From: an uncultured Alphaproteobacteria bacterium
GTDB lineage: Bacteria; Pseudomonadota; Alphaproteobacteria; RF32; CAG-239
Direction: 5' to 3'
NCBI GenBank assembly: GCA_944391415.1
Contig: CALXTM010000006.1
Coordinates: 9,488-73,487 of the forward strand
Length of the DNA: 64,000 bases
Shown: in pieces, positions 44,788 through 53,760 of the stretch
Numbering within the stretch: position 1 is the stretch's first letter
How the letters are laid out: each line of letters begins with the position of its first letter
The notes under the pieces: generated by a model
Databases searched by the model: none
The model's input: only the letters and a program-made list of their open reading frames with translations
Told to the model about the DNA's origin: nothing
Position numbers and translations under genes: made by a program

Positions 44788-46545
44788 ATGTCTGTTGCAA
44801 AGACTATAGGCATGATGTGGGTCGCAGTTTTGATGTTGAAAGCGACCACGGCGTATGCAGAAATAAACATTTTGCCGCAACTGTATGAAGAAATTATGCA
44901 AAAAAATGATATCGATAATTCTGATATCAGCAAATATAAAAATATTTTTCGGGCAATAGAAAAGGCTGATTTCGCCAAAGCAGATGAGCTGGCAAATGAG
45001 CTTGATAATGATATTTTGCTGGGGCATGTCGAGGCAGAAAAATATCTGCATGCCAAATATAAATCATCTTGTATGGAGCTGGAAAATTGGCTGGAGTATT
45101 ATTATGATTTTCCGCAGGCAGAAAGAATTTATAAGCTGGCATTACGCAAAGGCTGTAAAGGAATTGCCGGGGTGGCGGAAAGCGAAGAAAAAGTTTTTGA
45201 ATTAAAAAAAATTCCGTTAAAATATTTGGATAGGTTGGGGCGAGCAGATCGCAATTTTTTGGTGCGGCAGGCCAAAAGTTTCAGAAGCTATGTGGCTAAA
45301 GGCAAAACTCTGGCAGCACGCAATATTTTGGAAAATAAGCGGTTTCAAAAGTTGGCGCCCAAGCCGTATTGGGATAGTTTGGCGGCAACTTTGGCCACCA
45401 AATATTTGACCGACAACTATGACAAAAAGGCGCTTGAGTGGGGAATTAAGGCCTCGAAACGCCACAACTCCGGTATGGCAACCTGGGTGGCAGGATTGGC
45501 GGCCTGGCGGCTAAAAGACTATAAAGCGGCGGCAAGCTATTTTGCAAGGCTGGGGAGTTCCAAAAACTCGGATATATGGCTAAAGGCGGCGGCAAGTTAT
45601 TGGTCTGCAAGGGCGTATGACAAGCTGGGCAATTACCTCAAAGCGCAAGAGATGTTAAAACTGGCGGCTAAGCATAAATATACTTTTTATGGGATTTTGG
45701 CGGCATATCAGTTGGGCGAGATGCCGGACTTTAGTTTTGGCGAAGACAAGTATATCAATGATTTTGGCAATAGGAGCTATGTGGAGGAGGTTGCCGCGTC
45801 AAGGGCTATTGTCAGGGCGTTGGTATTAATCGGGGCCAAACAGGAGGAGCTGGCAGAGCAAGAAATGTTTAATGCCTATGACAGCTTGAGTGACAAGCAA
45901 AAAGAGGCAGTGATTTTGATTGCCAATGAGCAAGGAATGCACTCGTTGGTGATTGCCATAGGCAGAAACAAAAATATTGAAAATTTGGCCGGGCATTATG
46001 ACAAAGAACTTTATCCTTTGCCCAAGTGGTTTGACGACCAGCGCTGGCAGGTTGATCAGGCATTGATTTTGGCATTAATCAGGCAAGAGTCGGCATTTAA
46101 GGACAATGCAACCAGCCGGGCCGGGGCGAGAGGGCTGATGCAGTTGATGCCCAACACCGCCTATCATATTACCGGCGACAAAAGTATCAAAAAAGAGCGC
46201 GACCGCTTGCTTAATCCGGAGTATAACTTGCGGTTGGGGCAGCAATATATCAGCTATTTGTTGAACAAGCCGTTTATTGAGGGCAATTTGTTTTTTATGC
46301 TGACAGCTTATAACGGCGGCCCGAGCAATTTGGTCAAATGGCAGAAAGGAGCCAGGTTTGGTAATGATCCGCTGTTGTTTATTGAAGTAATACCGGCGGC
46401 GGAGACAAGAATTTATATTGAGCGGGTGATGGCCAATTATTGGATATATAACCTGCGGTTTGGCAAGGAAAACAAAACCTTGGAGCAGGTGGCCGGCGGC
46501 AATTGGCCGGTGATTGAGGCAGATGATGCTTTTTCCTTTGATTAA
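44788..46545 (+). CDS. Soluble lytic murein transglycosylase (Slt70-like)
   Basis: C-terminal SLT domain (LIRQESAFKDNATSRAGARGLMQLMPNTA, AYNGGPSN) after a superhelical repeat region. Signal peptide starts at the Met at 44788; the track ORF starts at 44752. Confidence 0.8.
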   Translation: MSVAKTIGMMWVAVLMLKATTAYAEINILPQLYEEIMQKNDIDNSDISKYKNIFRAIEKADFAKADELANELDNDILLGHVEAEKYLHAKYKSSCMELENWLEYYYDFPQAERIYKLALRKGCKGIAGVAESEEKVFELKKIPLKYLDRLGRADRNFLVRQAKSFRSYVAKGKTLAARNILENKRFQKLAPKPYWDSLAATLATKYLTDNYDKKALEWGIKASKRHNSGMATWVAGLAAWRLKDYKAAASYFARLGSSKNSDIWLKAAASYWSARAYDKLGNYLKAQEMLKLAAKHKYTFYGILAAYQLGEMPDFSFGEDKYINDFGNRSYVEEVAASRAIVRALVLIGAKQEELAEQEMFNAYDSLSDKQKEAVILIANEQGMHSLVIAIGRNKNIENLAGHYDKELYPLPKWFDDQRWQVDQALILALIRQESAFKDNATSRAGARGLMQLMPNTAYHITGDKSIKKERDRLLNPEYNLRLGQQYISYLLNKPFIEGNLFFMLTAYNGGPSNLVKWQKGARFGNDPLLFIEVIPAAETRIYIERVMANYWIYNLRFGKENKTLEQVAGGNWPVIEADDAFSFD

Positions 46546-46587
46546 GCCTTGATTTTGTGATATAATGAAATCCTAAAGATAAGGATT

Positions 46588-46974
46588 ATGGATTTACTAT
46601 ATTTGCTGCCGTACGCGCTATTGTTGTTGGCAGCCGTTATTTCTTGCTTCGTTAGAGGCGGAGATATCGTGAATAAAATAATGGCATTCTTGGTATTCGG
46701 CGCCGGAATGTTTGTTACATTTGCCGAAAGTGGCTGGTGGAGATTCTCTTTTATTATGCTGGCAGGTCTTGCTTGCACAGCAGAAAGGAGAGGATTCTCC
46801 GATGCCATAGGTGCTTACACCTCTCTTATCATGGGGGTGGCATTTATGGCTCTAATCACCATCAAGTGGGTGATAGCTGATCTTTTCGGTTGGAACCCGT
46901 TTTGGTGGATGACCATCCCCGCCGCTATTTTCAGCGTTATGATTATATGTAACGCTGATTACAAAGAAAAATAA
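46588..46974 (+). CDS. Small polytopic membrane protein
   Basis: 128-aa ORF with four hydrophobic helices. No homology recognised. Confidence 0.45.
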   Translation: MDLLYLLPYALLLLAAVISCFVRGGDIVNKIMAFLVFGAGMFVTFAESGWWRFSFIMLAGLACTAERRGFSDAIGAYTSLIMGVAFMALITIKWVIADLFGWNPFWWMTIPAAIFSVMIICNADYKEK

Positions 46975-47076
46975 GAGTTGCCCGCATTATAGAAGACAGA
47001 TATCTGTTTTTTATGGCGGGCAACTTGTTTTTTTTATCTTAAAGCTTATATCAGAAAGCAGTAATAACCTGAAGGA

Positions 47077-47403
47077 TTGATAACAATGGAATTGTATTTG
47101 TTTTTTGCCTTTTTGCTGTTTTATCTGATAACCGCTTTTATGCTTAATGAGAGAACCAAGCAAAAAATTTGGATTGTATCGTTTATTATCTCGTTTGCCG
47201 TGACATCGGCGGCAATCGGCTTTATCAGAGCGGGCAGGCAAGATGTAATGATGAATGCCGACCAAATGAATTGGTATTATATCTTGTATCTGTTTGGGAT
47301 GATATCGGTGGTTCTGGGGGTGTTTAATTTGTGGATCTACCGCAAAGAGCTGTGGCGGACGTTGTTTGAAAAAACAGATGATGAAGACGATGATGAAGAT
47401 TAA
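47077..47403 (+). CDS. Small membrane protein with poly-acidic C-terminus
   Basis: 108 aa with three TM helices, ending in KTDDEDDDED. Confidence 0.45.
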   Translation: MITMELYLFFAFLLFYLITAFMLNERTKQKIWIVSFIISFAVTSAAIGFIRAGRQDVMMNADQMNWYYILYLFGMISVVLGVFNLWIYRKELWRTLFEKTDDEDDDED

Positions 47404-47430
47404 AAAAGCCGGTATTAAACCGGCTTTTTT
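47402..47430. terminator. Bidirectional terminator
   Basis: aaaaaAGCCGGTattaaACCGGCTtttttt. Confidence 0.75.
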
Positions 47431-47435
47431 TAATT

Positions 47436-48047
47436 TTAAATATCAGCAATAACCGAAAGCGATATAATCTCATCAGGGTTTGTTACTAAGCCATTGGCAC
47501 CATCGCCTTTTTTGATCATATCAACATATTCCATGCCCGATGTTACCTCGCCCCAGACAGTGTATTGACCATTGAGCCACGGACAGTCGGCAAAGCAGAT
47601 GAAAAACTGGCTGTCGGCCGAATCAGGCAACATTGAACGCGCCATCGATACCGTGCCGCGCTTGTGTGGAATACGGTTGAATTCGGCCTTTAGCTTTTGG
47701 CCGGAACCACCGGTGCCGTTGCCATAGGGGCAGCCGGTTTGTGCCATAAAGCCCTCGATAACACGATGAAATTTCAGCCCATTGTAAAAGCCTTGGCGCA
47801 CCAACTCTTTGATCCTGGCAACGTGATTGGGCGCGGCATCAGGATACATCTCTATCACAACGTCGCCGTTTTTTAATTTTAGCAACAGTGAATTCTCGGC
47901 ATCTTTGACGTTATAAGAATGTTTTATTTTTTTGGCACGGGTTTTGCTCTGGGTCAATTTTTTGGTTGCTTCTTGGGGCAAAGTTTTGGTCCTTGAACTG
48001 CTAAGTTTTTTGGTATCGGATTTTTTGAGTTGTTTGGTTTCTGGCAT
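47436..48047 (-). CDS. ppiB: Cyclophilin-type peptidyl-prolyl isomerase with Lys-rich N-terminal extension
   Basis: Cyclophilin core (FHRVIEGFMAQTGCP...GTVSMAR...SQFFICF...LNGQYTVWGEV) preceded by about 45 Lys/Thr/Ser-rich residues. Confidence 0.9.
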   Translation of the reverse strand: MPETKQLKKSDTKKLSSSRTKTLPQEATKKLTQSKTRAKKIKHSYNVKDAENSLLLKLKNGDVVIEMYPDAAPNHVARIKELVRQGFYNGLKFHRVIEGFMAQTGCPYGNGTGGSGQKLKAEFNRIPHKRGTVSMARSMLPDSADSQFFICFADCPWLNGQYTVWGEVTSGMEYVDMIKKGDGANGLVTNPDEIISLSVIADI

Positions 48048-48113
48048 CTTTAATCTCCTTTGTATATATCTATAAAATTATATAGGTATTGAAATAGCAA
48101 AATGCAAAAATTT

Positions 48114-49061
48114 TTAGCGCAAAATAAAATTAATTCGCTCTTGCGGGGTAAGTCCCGAGGGATAATATTTATCAACGCGTTTGATGGCTTTTTTGAGGCC
48201 TAGACCATTGGCAATTTGAATGGCAAGCCCCGGACGAGCGTTGAGCTCCAACATCATCGGTCCTTTGGTGGCATCCAAGACAATATCTGCACCAAAATAG
48301 CCCAATCCAGTCATCTCATAGGCTTTGGCCGCAATCAATAAATGTTCGCGCCAAAATGGCACTTCGATCTTGCGCAAATCAGCATGAGTGTCGGGGTGAT
48401 AGGTTAGGGGAAGATTGTGCTGGACAGCTTTTTTGGTCTTGCCGGTTTTGATGTCCAAACCAACCCCAACCGCACCTTGGTGTAAGTTGGCACGGCCGCC
48501 TGATTCGGCTGTTGATAGTCTGGTCATGGCCATAATTGGATATCCTTTGTAGACAATAATTCTGACATCGGGAACGCCGTTGTAACTGTAGTCTTTAAAA
48601 ACATCGGAAAAATGAACAACCTCTTCAATCAAGGCCTCGTCATAGCGACCACCCAGTGAATAAAGCCCGCTTAAAATGTTGGAAATGTGTTGATATAACT
48701 CACTATAGGTTATGGTTTTGCCAGAGGCCAGGGTAAAACAGCTGTCGGTAAATGATTTGACAACCAAAACACCTTTGCCACCGGAGCCATGAGCCGGCTT
48801 GACGACAAATTCAGTGTGGTTTTTGACCATGGACAAGATATTTTTAACCTGAAACTGATGCTCTATAACCCCAATAAGATTTGGAGTTTCAAGGCCATAT
48901 TGCAAGGCAAGCGCTTTGGTCTGAACTTTGTCGTCAACCAGGGGATAGAGACGACGCTGATTGTAGCGACTGATGATGTGAAAATTGCGTGTATTCATCC
49001 CCAACACCCCTTTGGCACGGAGCATTTTGGCAGAGGTAAATTTTTTGAAAAAGCCAAACAT
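48114..49061 (-). CDS. RimK-related ATP-grasp protein (alpha-L-glutamate ligase-like)
   Basis: 315 aa with ATP-grasp motifs (FVVKPAHGSGGKGVLVV, ADIVLDATKGPMMLELNARPGLAIQ). Confidence 0.8.
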   Translation of the reverse strand: MFGFFKKFTSAKMLRAKGVLGMNTRNFHIISRYNQRRLYPLVDDKVQTKALALQYGLETPNLIGVIEHQFQVKNILSMVKNHTEFVVKPAHGSGGKGVLVVKSFTDSCFTLASGKTITYSELYQHISNILSGLYSLGGRYDEALIEEVVHFSDVFKDYSYNGVPDVRIIVYKGYPIMAMTRLSTAESGGRANLHQGAVGVGLDIKTGKTKKAVQHNLPLTYHPDTHADLRKIEVPFWREHLLIAAKAYEMTGLGYFGADIVLDATKGPMMLELNARPGLAIQIANGLGLKKAIKRVDKYYPSGLTPQERINFILR

Positions 49062-49062
49062 C

Positions 49063-50592
49063 TTAATTTACCTTTTTGACTAAGGGGGCAAAACGTTTGA
49101 GCTCGGTCAGACGATAACCGGTGTAGGTGCCAAGCAACATGACGATAAACAAGATTACCAAATTAAGCTCGTTGAAAACAAACATGATATGACGAACATA
49201 GTCGTTGGCAATTACAAAATAGACAATAACACCGACAAGCAAACTGTTAAACAGCTCTTTGCCGGCATTAACCGGTCCGTCTTCCTCCCAGGTGATGGAG
49301 GCGCGCTCAATAATCCAGGCCGTAATGATTATCGGGAAAAAGACCGAAGCTTGGGCTATTTTGATGTCAAAATTGTAGCCAATGAAAGTTAGCGCATGAA
49401 TTATCAAAATGACAAAAATTACTACCGCCGAAATACGCGGAACCAACAAAAGATTGAGCTTGGACATAATGAAACGAATGATAAGACCCATGATAACAAT
49501 GGCTACAAAACAAATAAGCCCTGTTGCAAAACCGGTTTTGACCAAGGACATTGAAATCAACATCGGCGTAAATGTTCCCATAGTTTGGACACCTACAATG
49601 TTGCGCATCAAAACCACAAGCAAAATACCAAGCGGAAAAACCGAAAGCCATTTTAGGGTGTTTTGCTGCGCCAACGGCAGATTGTAAATGGTATAGTCAA
49701 ACCACCCGGCTTTTTTAGATTGCTTGGCACGTTGGCTGGCCAGATTCATGGTCGAGGTAATAGATTTTTGCAAAGAAAATTTGACACTGGAACCAGTGCC
49801 TCCTTCAACGTCGAGCAATGATTTGCCACCACGCTGGAACAGGAGAAAATTATCAGGCAGACCACGTTTGCCGGTTAGAGGATCATAGATGCGCCAGGCG
49901 CCGCCAATGTAGACCTCAAGCATCAGATCGGGAGTTATTTTTTGTCCTTCCTCTAGACGCAAGCCACGGGCAGTGCGGGATGAAATGCCCTCAACAGCAA
50001 GAATATCTTGCATAATTTTGAGTTTAACTGCCGGGGTGTATTGAACCGGAAGATAGGATTTGAGAGCAGGGTGAAGCGGCTCTTGGTTAAAAAAATTAAC
50101 CAGTTTTTCGGCCGTGTCATCACCCGGCATCGATGCTGAAAGCTTTATAATCTGCCGGGCCTGAGCAAGTTGTTGCTCGTCCATATCTGGAAGCGACGGA
50201 GACTTCGGAGCGGTATCTTTGAGCTTGTCTTTGCCGGTGATGTTGTCAAAAACAATAATTTTGTAATATAGGTCTTGTTCACCAATCATGTTTTTGGTTC
50301 TGAAAACAATGCGGTCGTCATATTTTTGTGTATTGTAGCCATTGGCAATGACATTTTCTTCCAAAATTTTGAAACCTTTATTCTTGCGTGGAATGCCAAG
50401 ACTTACTTTGATCGGTGAACCGTCGGCCAAAAAATTAATGTGAGCCTCGATAGCCCAAACATTGGCATTTTGCCTGGGAGAAATACTAAATCCCCAATAT
50501 TTGATTTTATAATAAATGCTGTATCCGGCAAAGGCCAAAGATAAAACAAGAAAAAAAGTGAGAATAAGACGAGCAGAAATAAAATGTTTCAT
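49063..50592 (-). CDS. Membrane protein: N-terminal (inactive) transglutaminase-like domain fused to a C-terminal multi-pass (7TM-type) module
   Basis: 509 aa. One N-terminal TM, a periplasmic region with GGAWRIYDPLTGKRG, then a dense block of hydrophobic helices over roughly the last 200 aa. Confidence 0.65.
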   Translation of the reverse strand: MKHFISARLILTFFLVLSLAFAGYSIYYKIKYWGFSISPRQNANVWAIEAHINFLADGSPIKVSLGIPRKNKGFKILEENVIANGYNTQKYDDRIVFRTKNMIGEQDLYYKIIVFDNITGKDKLKDTAPKSPSLPDMDEQQLAQARQIIKLSASMPGDDTAEKLVNFFNQEPLHPALKSYLPVQYTPAVKLKIMQDILAVEGISSRTARGLRLEEGQKITPDLMLEVYIGGAWRIYDPLTGKRGLPDNFLLFQRGGKSLLDVEGGTGSSVKFSLQKSITSTMNLASQRAKQSKKAGWFDYTIYNLPLAQQNTLKWLSVFPLGILLVVLMRNIVGVQTMGTFTPMLISMSLVKTGFATGLICFVAIVIMGLIIRFIMSKLNLLLVPRISAVVIFVILIIHALTFIGYNFDIKIAQASVFFPIIITAWIIERASITWEEDGPVNAGKELFNSLLVGVIVYFVIANDYVRHIMFVFNELNLVILFIVMLLGTYTGYRLTELKRFAPLVKKVN

Positions 50593-50609
50593 TGGTTTTG
50601 GTTTGTCCT

Positions 50610-51137
50610 TTAGTGCATGGTGTTTTCTAAGGTTGGATCAATGATGAAACGCCCGTTGATAATGTTGCGTCCGATTAAAACCTGATAGTTGAATTTGTCG
50701 CGGTTGGCTAAGGTAAAGTCGGCTTTGATTGTTTCATTGCCTATTGTAATTGTCATGTTTACGACATAGCGCTCTTCATGTTCGCCAATGCGAACAATGG
50801 TGGTGTGACGCTTAATCGGTTTTTCAAAATGGTGAGTTGAACCGTCTTTGCGGTTGGTAATATTAAAAGAAACCCATTTTTCGCCATCGCGTTCAAACGG
50901 ACGAATATTGTCGGCATCAATTGAGGAGGTTTCGGCACCGGTGTCCATGCGAGCCTGAAACGGCATCACAAAAGGGGTAACATACAAAGTTTCAACACCG
51001 CCTATAATCTTGGCGTTGTTGTAGATAAGCGGTTGCTGCGATGTGGAAGGCAGTGGCGTAGTGATGGTGGTATTATCAACCGGGGTTTGACATCCTGCCA
51101 GCAAAATTGATGCAATAAAAGCGGTAAATTTTTTCAT
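50610..51137 (-). CDS. Retropepsin-like aspartyl protease lipoprotein (family annotated as ATP-dependent zinc protease)
   Basis: Lipobox ILLAGC and an aspartyl-protease signature, ARMDTGAETSSID. 175 aa. Confidence 0.7.
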   Translation of the reverse strand: MKKFTAFIASILLAGCQTPVDNTTITTPLPSTSQQPLIYNNAKIIGGVETLYVTPFVMPFQARMDTGAETSSIDADNIRPFERDGEKWVSFNITNRKDGSTHHFEKPIKRHTTIVRIGEHEERYVVNMTITIGNETIKADFTLANRDKFNYQVLIGRNIINGRFIIDPTLENTMH

Positions 51138-51243
51138 TGTCTAGCTCTGAAGCTCCATTATTTTAAGCGTAATTAATTTAGCCTAAAAAAGCATTTTTTG
51201 TAAAGTTAAACTTTTAAAAATTTACCACTTTTATACAAGATTT

Positions 51244-52482
51244 TTAGAAGAATAATGTGGCCCTTAAAGAAAAAGCAAAAGCCGTGTCTGATTCGGGGTT
51301 GAGTGCCGGGTCAAAGTAAACCTGAATATCAGGAGTTAGGGTCATCCATTTTGACAGGCCAAAGGTGACATAGCTTTCCAAAACTTTTTCATAATCATGT
51401 TCGATCGGCGAACCTACGGCATCTTCGTTGATGTGGTTTAGAGCTCCGGCAAAACCAATTTGATCAAGCGGGTTGCGATTGAAAGGATTGTTTATGACTA
51501 CACCCAAAAGATAGGAATTGTCGATTTCTGCTTGTTCACCGGATACTCCGTTAACACGTCCGAACAAAGCCCATTTGTCGTTTAGGTTTTGGGAGGCGTT
51601 TAGAGACCATCCGTTGGTGGTTTGCGGTTGGGCCTCGACCCAGGGTTGGTTGTAAACTAAAACAGAATATTGCCCGAGACCTAAGCCCGAAATGGTCGGA
51701 TTATAGGATAGGTATCCAAAGGTGGTGTAGTGATTTTCGTCAAGGTTTGAGGTTGAAATACGATTGCCGGTGACGTTGGTGGCATCTTGGAAACCAAAGG
51801 CAAAGCTCCATTCTTCGGTCGGGTCAATTTGAAAATATGAGCCAAGACCGGCGGTGGGGTAAGTGGAAGAGGCATTTTGCGAAAATGTCCAGTTGATAAA
51901 GTTTTCTTGCTGATTGGCATCATAGGTGGTGCCGTCAAAGTTATAAATCGGATATTGGCCCAAACCGATGGTTAGCCACTCGTATTGGCCGGGAAGTTGG
52001 TAGCTTATGTATAATTCGGGAAATTCGTTTTGTTGTTCATCATAGTCATTGATGGAGGTTACAACGCCAATATTGTTGTCAATGGTATTGGAGTTTGCCC
52101 CGGTATATTGGACAATATTATAGGCAAAGTTTAGGGTGGCATTGCCATAGGAATTATTGAACATCTCCCAGGTTATGGCCGGGTATAAAATGGTTTGGAT
52201 AGCAGTATTGTGTCCGCCAGGTGCACCATATTGACCGGTAAAAGAGGCGGTCAATGAATAACCAAGCCCATATTTGTTTTGTAAATAATCCTTAAAATCG
52301 GAATAATCCTGACCAAGTTTGCTAAAGTTTAGGTGACGATAGTGCTCGGAAATCTGCACCCTTCCTTCGGCACTTTCCTGATGCGGCAGGGCATTGGATG
52401 TTTCGGATGCGGTTGCTTGTTGGCAGCAAGAAAAAAGCAGAGCAAACGACAAGGTTTGATATAATAAACGATGTTTGGGCAT
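51244..52482 (-). CDS. Outer-membrane beta-barrel porin (OprB/carbohydrate-porin-like)
   Basis: Signal peptide, alternating aromatic/Gly-rich beta-strand pattern, C-terminal ...SLRATLFF. Confidence 0.5.
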   Translation of the reverse strand: MPKHRLLYQTLSFALLFSCCQQATASETSNALPHQESAEGRVQISEHYRHLNFSKLGQDYSDFKDYLQNKYGLGYSLTASFTGQYGAPGGHNTAIQTILYPAITWEMFNNSYGNATLNFAYNIVQYTGANSNTIDNNIGVVTSINDYDEQQNEFPELYISYQLPGQYEWLTIGLGQYPIYNFDGTTYDANQQENFINWTFSQNASSTYPTAGLGSYFQIDPTEEWSFAFGFQDATNVTGNRISTSNLDENHYTTFGYLSYNPTISGLGLGQYSVLVYNQPWVEAQPQTTNGWSLNASQNLNDKWALFGRVNGVSGEQAEIDNSYLLGVVINNPFNRNPLDQIGFAGALNHINEDAVGSPIEHDYEKVLESYVTFGLSKWMTLTPDIQVYFDPALNPESDTAFAFSLRATLFF

Positions 52483-52650
52483 AATAAAAATCCTTATAAA
52501 AATTGATACTTGCCAGATATATATATCGGCAATGGCAGATTTAAAGGGCTAAAAAAATGAAAAATTTTGTTTACTTTTGTCTAACAGTGTGCTAAACGTA
52601 ACCTCATAACACTATCTATTAGCATATTATTAACTTAAAATCTTAAAAAA

Positions 52651-52971
52651 ATGAGTAAAATTGACACTCCAACCACAGTTGCTAAAACGATGGCTGATTT
52701 CTTGAGCCCAACCTACAAAGGCTGTACATTTGAAAACAAAGCATATCTGGTGACGGTGAAAGACGTCGGGTTGTTGTGGTTGCTTAAGGCAAAAAGCAGC
52801 GGCGTCAGGCAGTTGCTCTTTTGCTACGAGCCGGCGACGGGGTTTGTTTACGTCTGCCCGATAAGGCTTCATTATAAGCTTGTGGAAGAGGGCACGCCAG
52901 TTACAACCGAGGCCGGAAAGAAAGGCAAGGTTGCCATCCAAGACGGTGAGAAAGTCATCATTTGGGAATAA
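52651..52971 (+). CDS. Hypothetical small protein
   Basis: 106-aa ORF followed by a strong terminator. No motif recognised. Confidence 0.4.
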   Translation: MSKIDTPTTVAKTMADFLSPTYKGCTFENKAYLVTVKDVGLLWLLKAKSSGVRQLLFCYEPATGFVYVCPIRLHYKLVEEGTPVTTEAGKKGKVAIQDGEKVIIWE

Positions 52972-52975
52972 GGAA

Positions 52976-53012
52976 TAAAAAAGCGGAAACCACATGGTTT
53001 CCGCTTTTTTTT
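52976..53012. terminator. Bidirectional terminator
   Basis: aaaaaaGCGGAAACCacatGGTTTCCGCtttttttt. Confidence 0.8.
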
Positions 53013-53024
53013 GATGAAATAAAA

Positions 53025-53615
53025 CTATTTTTTGCCTGGCTTGACATAGGCAATGGCAGAATGTTCCTCACAATAGGTTTGGCCAATGCGGACTTTTTTG
53101 CCGCAGAAATGAAAATTCTCGTCTTTGGGATCGCCTATCGGCCAGCGGCAAGTGTGATTGTCAAGATCTGTCAGGGATAAAAATTCTTTTTTGGGTTGAT
53201 TGTCAGCCAAAACATTGAGCGACTTGGCAAGTTTGATGTCATCTTCATTGGGAGAGGAAACAGGTGCTGCAGGCTTGTTTGGGGCTTTGGGCTTTGGTGT
53301 CGGCTTGGGCGTTGGAGCAGCAGGTTGAGCCTTGGCAACATCTGATGAGGTCTCGGCTTTTTTCTTCTCTTCTTTGACAGCAGGTTTTTGGGCTGGTTTT
53401 TCTTTGGCAGCAGTTGGTGTCGCAGGCTCTTGAGCAGGCGAGGCGGATTTTTTCTTGATTGGAGATGGGCGACCGGATAACCCCAGGCGATGTACTTTGC
53501 CAACAATAGAGTTTTTGGATATATTGAGGCGCCGACCGATTTCACCGGTGGTAACACCCTCGGCCCAAAGGCGTTTTAACTCTTCAACCATTTCATCTGT
53601 CCAAGCCATGATCAA
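53025..53615 (-). CDS. gcrA: Cell-cycle transcriptional regulator GcrA
   Basis: N-terminal AWTDEMVEELKRLWAEGVTTGEIGRRLNISKNSIVGKVHRLGLSGR, Pro/Lys/Ala linker, C-terminal CRWPIGDP...FCG...YCEEH. Confidence 0.85.
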   Translation of the reverse strand: MIMAWTDEMVEELKRLWAEGVTTGEIGRRLNISKNSIVGKVHRLGLSGRPSPIKKKSASPAQEPATPTAAKEKPAQKPAVKEEKKKAETSSDVAKAQPAAPTPKPTPKPKAPNKPAAPVSSPNEDDIKLAKSLNVLADNQPKKEFLSLTDLDNHTCRWPIGDPKDENFHFCGKKVRIGQTYCEEHSAIAYVKPGKK

Positions 53616-53760
53616 AATCTCCTATGAAAATATTATCGTTTTTAATCGTTATGATGGCATAATATGGTAATATTTGTTTAGAGTCTAGCATATTTTTCAG
53701 ATATTTTGTTTTGTTTATCTTTTTTTAGATTTTGGTACATTATAATCTAAAATATTATAA

